From Nitratidesulfovibrio vulgaris str. Hildenborough (GTDB lineage: Bacteria > Desulfobacterota > Desulfovibrionia > Desulfovibrionales > Desulfovibrionaceae): 32,000 nucleotides of DNA. The DNA lies in the NCBI RefSeq assembly GCF_000195755.1, contig NC_002937.3, positions 3,120,001 through 3,152,000 on the forward strand, given 5' to 3'. The translations under genes and the position numbers were made by a program. Below, piece after piece: positions 27,520 to 32,000 of the stretch (its first letter is position 1; each line of letters starts with the position of its first letter). The notes under the pieces were generated by a model. The model saw only the letters and a program-made list of their open reading frames with translations, searched no databases and was not told where the DNA came from.

Positions 27520-29232
27520 ATGTCTCTCGAACTTCTAGCTCTCGTAGCCCTGCTGCCCATCCTGGTGGCACTGGTGCTCATGGTCGGCATGCGCTGGCCC
27601 GCCACCAAAGCCATGCCCCTGTCATGGCTCGTCTGCGTTCTCGGCGCCATCGGCGTCTGGAACCTGCCCGCCGGCTATGTGACCGCCCTTACCCTGCAGG
27701 GCATCGTCACCGCCATCGGCGTTCTGATCATCGTCTTCGGCGCCATCATCATCCTGTACACGCTGCAATACAGCGGCGGCATGGAGACCATCCAGTACGG
27801 GATGCAGAACGTCAGCCGTGACAAGCGCATCCAGGCCATCATCATCGGCTACATGTTCGCCGCCTTCATCGAAGGTGCCGCGGGCTTCGGTACGCCAGCA
27901 GCCCTCGCTGCGCCGCTGCTGCTCTCGCTGGGCTTCCCCCCGCTCGCCGCAGCCGTCATCTGCCTTGTCTTCAACTCGTTCTGCGTCTCCTTCGGCGCGG
28001 TGGGCACCCCCATTCTCATCGGCCTCAAGTTCCTCGCCCCGCTGGTGAAGGACGCCGTGACCGCTGGTACCCCCGGCCTCAACTTCACCGACTTCGGCTC
28101 CTTCGCCAAGGTCATCGGCCAGTGGGCGACCATCATGCACGGTTTCATGATCGTCATCCTGCCCATCTTCATGCTCGGCTTCCTCACCCGCTTCTACGGC
28201 CAGAACAAGTCGTGGAGCGAAGGCTTCAAGGCGTGGAAGTTCTGCGTGTTCGCCGCCGTCTCCTTTGCGGTGCCCTACTTCATCTTCGCATGGTTCGTCG
28301 GCCCCGAGTTCCCCTCTCTGATCGGTGGTCTGGTGGGTCTCGGCATCATCGTCGCCGGTGCCAAGCGCGGCTTCTGCGTGCCTGAAGAGACCTGGGACTT
28401 CGGCCCCCAGTCGACCTGGGACCCCGAATGGACCGGCACCATCAAGACCGCTGCCAAGACCGAGTTCAAGGCTCACATGAGCCAGTTCAAGGCATGGCTG
28501 CCCTACATCCTCATCGGTGCCATCCTCGTGGTCACCCGCGTGCCCAGCCTCGGCCTCAAGGGCTTCCTGTCCGCCCAGAAGATTCCCTTCGACAACATCC
28601 TCGGCTTCAAGGGCGTCTCCGCCTCCATCGACTACCTGTACCTGCCCGGCACCATTCCCTTCACCCTCGTGGCGCTGCTCACCATCCTGCTGCACGGCAT
28701 GAGCGGTGACGCGGTGAAGCGTGCGTGGAGCGAATCGTTCGCCAAGATGAAGGCCCCCACCATCGCGCTCTTCTTCGCCGTGGCGCTGGTCTCCATCTTC
28801 CGCGGTTCGGGCGTCGCCGACGTGGCCCTCAACCCCAACAACTACCCGTCCATGCCGCTGGCCATGGCCAAGGCCGTCGCCGCGCTCGCCGGCAACGCGT
28901 GGCCCATGCTGGCCTCGTACGTGGGCGGTCTCGGTGCGTTCATCACCGGTTCCAACACCGTCTCCGACCTGCTCTTCGCCGAATTCCAGTGGGGTGTTGC
29001 GGCTCAGCTCGAGTTGCCCCGCCAGATCATCGTCGCTGCGCAGGTCGTGGGTGGCGCCATGGGCAACATGGTGTGCATCCACAACATCGTGGCAGTGTGC
29101 GCCGTGGTCGGCCTTGCCGGCCGCGAGGGCATGATCCTCAAGCGCACCTTCTGGCCCTTCATGCTGTACGGTCTGGTTGTGGGCATCATCGCGTCGCTCA
29201 TGTGCTTCGTGTTCCTGCCCAACCTGTTCTAG
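27520..29232 (+). CDS. lctP: L-lactate permease (LctP/LldP family), 570 aa
   Basis: ATG 27520 has GAGGAG 6 nt upstream; the in-frame GTG at 27514 abuts the SD and is rejected. Family motifs FIEGAAGFGTPAALAAPLLLSLGF.PL.AA and FGAVGTPI are present. The protein has more than 12 hydrophobic segments. Confidence 0.93.
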   Translation: MSLELLALVALLPILVALVLMVGMRWPATKAMPLSWLVCVLGAIGVWNLPAGYVTALTLQGIVTAIGVLIIVFGAIIILYTLQYSGGMETIQYGMQNVSRDKRIQAIIIGYMFAAFIEGAAGFGTPAALAAPLLLSLGFPPLAAAVICLVFNSFCVSFGAVGTPILIGLKFLAPLVKDAVTAGTPGLNFTDFGSFAKVIGQWATIMHGFMIVILPIFMLGFLTRFYGQNKSWSEGFKAWKFCVFAAVSFAVPYFIFAWFVGPEFPSLIGGLVGLGIIVAGAKRGFCVPEETWDFGPQSTWDPEWTGTIKTAAKTEFKAHMSQFKAWLPYILIGAILVVTRVPSLGLKGFLSAQKIPFDNILGFKGVSASIDYLYLPGTIPFTLVALLTILLHGMSGDAVKRAWSESFAKMKAPTIALFFAVALVSIFRGSGVADVALNPNNYPSMPLAMAKAVAALAGNAWPMLASYVGGLGAFITGSNTVSDLLFAEFQWGVAAQLELPRQIIVAAQVVGGAMGNMVCIHNIVAVCAVVGLAGREGMILKRTFWPFMLYGLVVGIIASLMCFVFLPNLF

Positions 29233-29249
29233 TACACACATCGCCTGAC

Positions 29250-29280
29250 ATGGGGGGCGGCAGCCGCGGCCGCCCCCCAT
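29250..29280 (+). terminator. 12-bp GC-rich stem-loop after the permease gene (terminator-like or mRNA-processing/stability element)
   Basis: ATGGGGGGCGGC - agccgcg - GCCGCCCCCCAT, hand-verified. It is followed by TTGCATATTG, a weak U-tract. It starts 18 nt after the stop. Confidence 0.5.
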
Positions 29281-29406
29281 TTGCATATTGCTGTATGGCT
29301 GTGTAACCAGCCAGCAAGACACGGAGCACGGCTCCGGAACATACCTCCGCCACTGCGCCCCTTGACGGCTCCGGGGCGGAGCAACCCGAGACGCGAGGAA
29401 CGAACC

Positions 29407-30792
29407 ATGCCCAGCGCATCGCTCATCAAGGAATTCGAAGCCATCATCGGCAAAGAGAACGTCTTCACCAGCGAACCCGACCGCCAGAGCTACGCCTACG
29501 ACTCGGCCGTGCTCGATCAGGTCGTGCCCGCACTCGTGCTGCGTCCCACCGAGACCGAACAGCTCGGCAAGCTCGTGAAGCTCTGCTACGAGAACGACCA
29601 CCCCATCACCGTGCGCGGTGCTGGCACCAATCTTTCCGGCGGCACCATCCCCGACAAGCGCGAAGGTATCGTCATCCTCACCAACAGCCTGAACAAGATC
29701 ATCGAGATCAACGAGCAGGACCTGTACGCCGTTGTCGAACCCGGTGTGGTCACCGCCAAGTTCGCCGCCGAAGTCGCCAAGCGCGGCCTCTTCTACCCCC
29801 CCGACCCGGGTTCACAGGCCGTCTCCACCCTCGGCGGCAACGTTGCCGAGAACGCCGGTGGCCTTCGCGGTCTGAAGTACGGGGTGACCAAGGACTACGT
29901 CATGGGCATCGAGTTCTTCGATGTGAACGGCGGTCTGGTGAAGACCGGTTCGCGCACCGTCAAGTGCGTCACCGGCTACAACCTCGCCGGTCTCATGGCC
30001 GCCTCCGAAGGCACGCTCGGCGTGTTCAGCCAGATCACCCTCAAGCTCGTGCCGCCGCCCAAGGCCTCCAAGGCCATGATGGCCGTGTTCGACGACGTCA
30101 ACAAGGCGTCCGAGGCCGTTGCCGCCATCATCGCCGCCCACGTGGTTCCCTGCACCCTCGAATTCATGGACAAGTCGTCCATCAACTACGTGGAAGACTT
30201 CACCAAGGCAGGCCTGCCGCGTGAAGCCGCCGCCATCCTGCTCATCGAAGTGGACGGCCACCCGGCACAGGTCGAAGACGACGCCGCCACCGTGGTGAAG
30301 GCCCTCAACGCCTCCGGCGCCACCGAAGTGCACGTGGCCAAGGACGCCGCAGAGAAGTTCAAGCTGTGGGAAGCCCGCCGCAACGCCCTGCCCGCCCTTG
30401 CCCGCGCCCGCGCCACCACCGTGCTTGAAGACGCCACCGTGCCGCGCTCGCAGATTCCTGCCATGGTCAAGGCCATCAACGACATCGCCAAGAAGCACAA
30501 CATCGCCATCGGCACCTTCGGTCACGCGGGCGACGGCAACCTGCACCCGACCATCCTGTGCGACCGCCGCGACAAGCACGAGTTCGAGCGCGTCGAGAGC
30601 GCCGTCGACGAGATCTTCGACGTGGCCCTTTCGCTGCACGGCACCCTCTCCGGCGAGCACGGCATCGGCCTCGCCAAGTCCAAGTGGATGGAGAAGGAGA
30701 CCTCGAAGGCCACCATCGAGTACTCGCGCAACATGAAGCGCGCCATCGACCCGAAGTACATCCTCAACCCCGGCAAGATCATCGGAGCCTAG
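29407..30792 (+). CDS. glcD: FAD-linked oxidase, GlcD family (D-lactate dehydrogenase / glycolate oxidase subunit D-like), 461 aa
   Basis: ATG 29407 has GAGGAA upstream. FAD-binding PCMH motifs VRGAGTNLSGG and P.....STLGGNVAENAGG are present. C-terminal motif is GTLSGEHGIGLAK. The ORF-track extension to 29281 is rejected. Confidence 0.92.
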   Translation: MPSASLIKEFEAIIGKENVFTSEPDRQSYAYDSAVLDQVVPALVLRPTETEQLGKLVKLCYENDHPITVRGAGTNLSGGTIPDKREGIVILTNSLNKIIEINEQDLYAVVEPGVVTAKFAAEVAKRGLFYPPDPGSQAVSTLGGNVAENAGGLRGLKYGVTKDYVMGIEFFDVNGGLVKTGSRTVKCVTGYNLAGLMAASEGTLGVFSQITLKLVPPPKASKAMMAVFDDVNKASEAVAAIIAAHVVPCTLEFMDKSSINYVEDFTKAGLPREAAAILLIEVDGHPAQVEDDAATVVKALNASGATEVHVAKDAAEKFKLWEARRNALPALARARATTVLEDATVPRSQIPAMVKAINDIAKKHNIAIGTFGHAGDGNLHPTILCDRRDKHEFERVESAVDEIFDVALSLHGTLSGEHGIGLAKSKWMEKETSKATIEYSRNMKRAIDPKYILNPGKIIGA

Positions 30793-30796
30793 AGAC

Positions 30797-32000
30797 ATGG
30801 CCGACCTTACCAAGCTCGCAAAGATGCTTCAGGAGCTGGACGACCACATGGTCGCCTGCATGAAGTGCGGCATGTGTCAGGCAGTCTGCCCGGTGTTCGC
30901 CGAGACCATGAAGGAAGCGGACGTCACCCGCGGCAAGATCGCCCTGCTCGAGAACCTCGCCAAGGAGATGGTCTCCGACCCCGAAGGCGTTCAGGAGAAG
31001 CTGAACAAGTGCCTCCTGTGCGGTTCGTGCGGCGCCAACTGTCCCTCCGGCGTCAAGATCATGGACATCTTCCTGCGCGCACGCTGCATCGTGAACTCCT
31101 ACATGGGCCTTTCGCCCGTGAAGAAGGCCATCCTGCGCGGGATGCTGACCAACCCCAAGCTGTTCAACGCCCTGCTCGACATGGGCTCGGTGTTCCAGGG
31201 GCTGTTCACCACCAAGGTGAACGACCTGCTCGGCTCGTCCTGCTCGAAGATACTCTCGCCCATCATCGGCGACCGTCACTTCGTGGGTCTGGCCTCCAAG
31301 TCGCTGCACAGCCGCATCAAGTCGCTGGACACCCCGGCTGGCAAGAGCGGCGTGAAGGTGGCCTTCTTCCCCGGCTGCCTCGGCGACAAGATGTTCACCA
31401 GCGTGGCCGACGCCTGCCTCAAGGTGTTCAGCCACCACGGCGTGGGCGTCTACATGCCCGAGGGAATGGCCTGCTGCGGCATTCCTTCGCTGGCTTCCGG
31501 CGACAGGGTCTCGTATGATAAGCTGGTGAAGCTGAACCTCGACCTCTTCGCCAAGGGCAAGTTCGACTACCTGGTGACGCCGTGCGCGACCTGCACCGCC
31601 ACCATCAAGGAGATCTGGCCCAAGATGATGGGCGACTACCCCTTCGAGATGCGCAAGCAGATCGAGGAACTGGAGAAGAAGACCATGGACGTGAACGCCT
31701 TCGTGGTGGATGTGCTGGGTGTGACCCCGGCCGCCGACGCGCCGAAGGGCAACGTCAAGGTCACGTTCCACGACTCGTGCCACATGAAGAAGTCGCTCGG
31801 CGTCACGGCCCAGCCGCGCAACCTCATCCGCATGAACCCCAAGTACGACCTTGTGGAGATGGCGGAATGCGACCGCTGCTGCGGTTCGGGTGGCAGCTTC
31901 AACCTGTACCACTACGACCTGTCGAAGCAGATTGGCGAGCGCAAGCGTCAGAACATCGTGGACTCGGGCGCACAGGTGGTATCCACCGGTTGCCCCGCCT
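30797..32000 (+). CDS. Fe-S oxidoreductase with two 4Fe-4S ferredoxin motifs and two CCG (Cys-rich) domains (GlcF/GlpC/LutA-like partner of the GlcD-like dehydrogenase); 3'-truncated by window edge
   Basis: Not in the ORF track because no stop falls within the window. My own translation from ATG 30797 gives MADLTKLAKMLQELDDHMVACMKCGMCQAVCPVF...CLLCGSCGANCP...FFPGC...CCG...PCATC...HDSCH...CDRCCGSGGSF. The frame is open to nt 32000. The start lies 4 nt after the glcD stop. Confidence 0.9.
   Translation, partial: MADLTKLAKMLQELDDHMVACMKCGMCQAVCPVFAETMKEADVTRGKIALLENLAKEMVSDPEGVQEKLNKCLLCGSCGANCPSGVKIMDIFLRARCIVNSYMGLSPVKKAILRGMLTNPKLFNALLDMGSVFQGLFTTKVNDLLGSSCSKILSPIIGDRHFVGLASKSLHSRIKSLDTPAGKSGVKVAFFPGCLGDKMFTSVADACLKVFSHHGVGVYMPEGMACCGIPSLASGDRVSYDKLVKLNLDLFAKGKFDYLVTPCATCTATIKEIWPKMMGDYPFEMRKQIEELEKKTMDVNAFVVDVLGVTPAADAPKGNVKVTFHDSCHMKKSLGVTAQPRNLIRMNPKYDLVEMAECDRCCGSGGSFNLYHYDLSKQIGERKRQNIVDSGAQVVSTGCPA

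Noticed and set aside
29296-29313. TGGCTGTGTAACCAGC as a possible sigma-54 promoter for glcD
   Set aside because: The -12 region is CCAGC with GC displaced by one position, and there is no TTGC. I treat it as a simple 6-bp dyad (TGGCTG/CAGCCA) instead.
27622-29601. 659-aa - strand ORF opposite the lactate permease
   Set aside because: The sense strand encodes a textbook LctP-family permease. The antisense ORF also crosses the intergenic hairpin.

Overview
High-GC (about 65-70%) Desulfovibrio-like chromosomal segment. Gene order and protein sequences match my recollection of the Desulfovibrio vulgaris Hildenborough region that runs into the lactate-utilisation operon (por, lactate permease, glcD...). 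This is memory, not a search result. I found no rRNA, tRNA, CRISPR array, transposase or integrase. There are three blocks. (i) 1-11221, + strand: nine tightly packed, often start/stop-overlapping genes of a sugar/glycan pathway. They are a 5'-truncated TPR protein, a NeuB-like nonulosonate synthase, a radical SAM/SPASM enzyme, a DegT-type aminotransferase, WbqC, a polytopic membrane protein, a TPR-fused GtrB/ArnC-like GT2, an AsnB-type amidotransferase and a methyltransferase. (ii) 11336-16971, - strand, convergent with block (i) and separated from it by a perfect 20-bp bidirectional terminator. This is a five-gene operon with a near-consensus sigma-54 promoter. It encodes a YbjQ-like small protein, a cobalamin-type radical SAM enzyme, a SPASM radical SAM enzyme, a Zn-ribbon methyltransferase, and a second cobalamin-type radical SAM gene whose GC content (about 45%) is strikingly foreign. 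I rank this operon as the best candidate for an undescribed system: a radical-SAM tailoring system with no obvious substrate gene. (iii) 17085-32000: an HDOD signalling protein; a divergent hybrid sensor kinase (periplasmic solute-binding-like domain, 3 PAS) translationally coupled to an NtrC-type sigma-54 activator; a 409-bp control region with three 17-bp direct repeats and a sigma-54 promoter; then por (PFOR), lactate permease, a GlcD-like FAD dehydrogenase and its 3'-truncated GlcF/GlpC-like Fe-S partner. The many long antisense ORFs in the six-frame track are high-GC artefacts.
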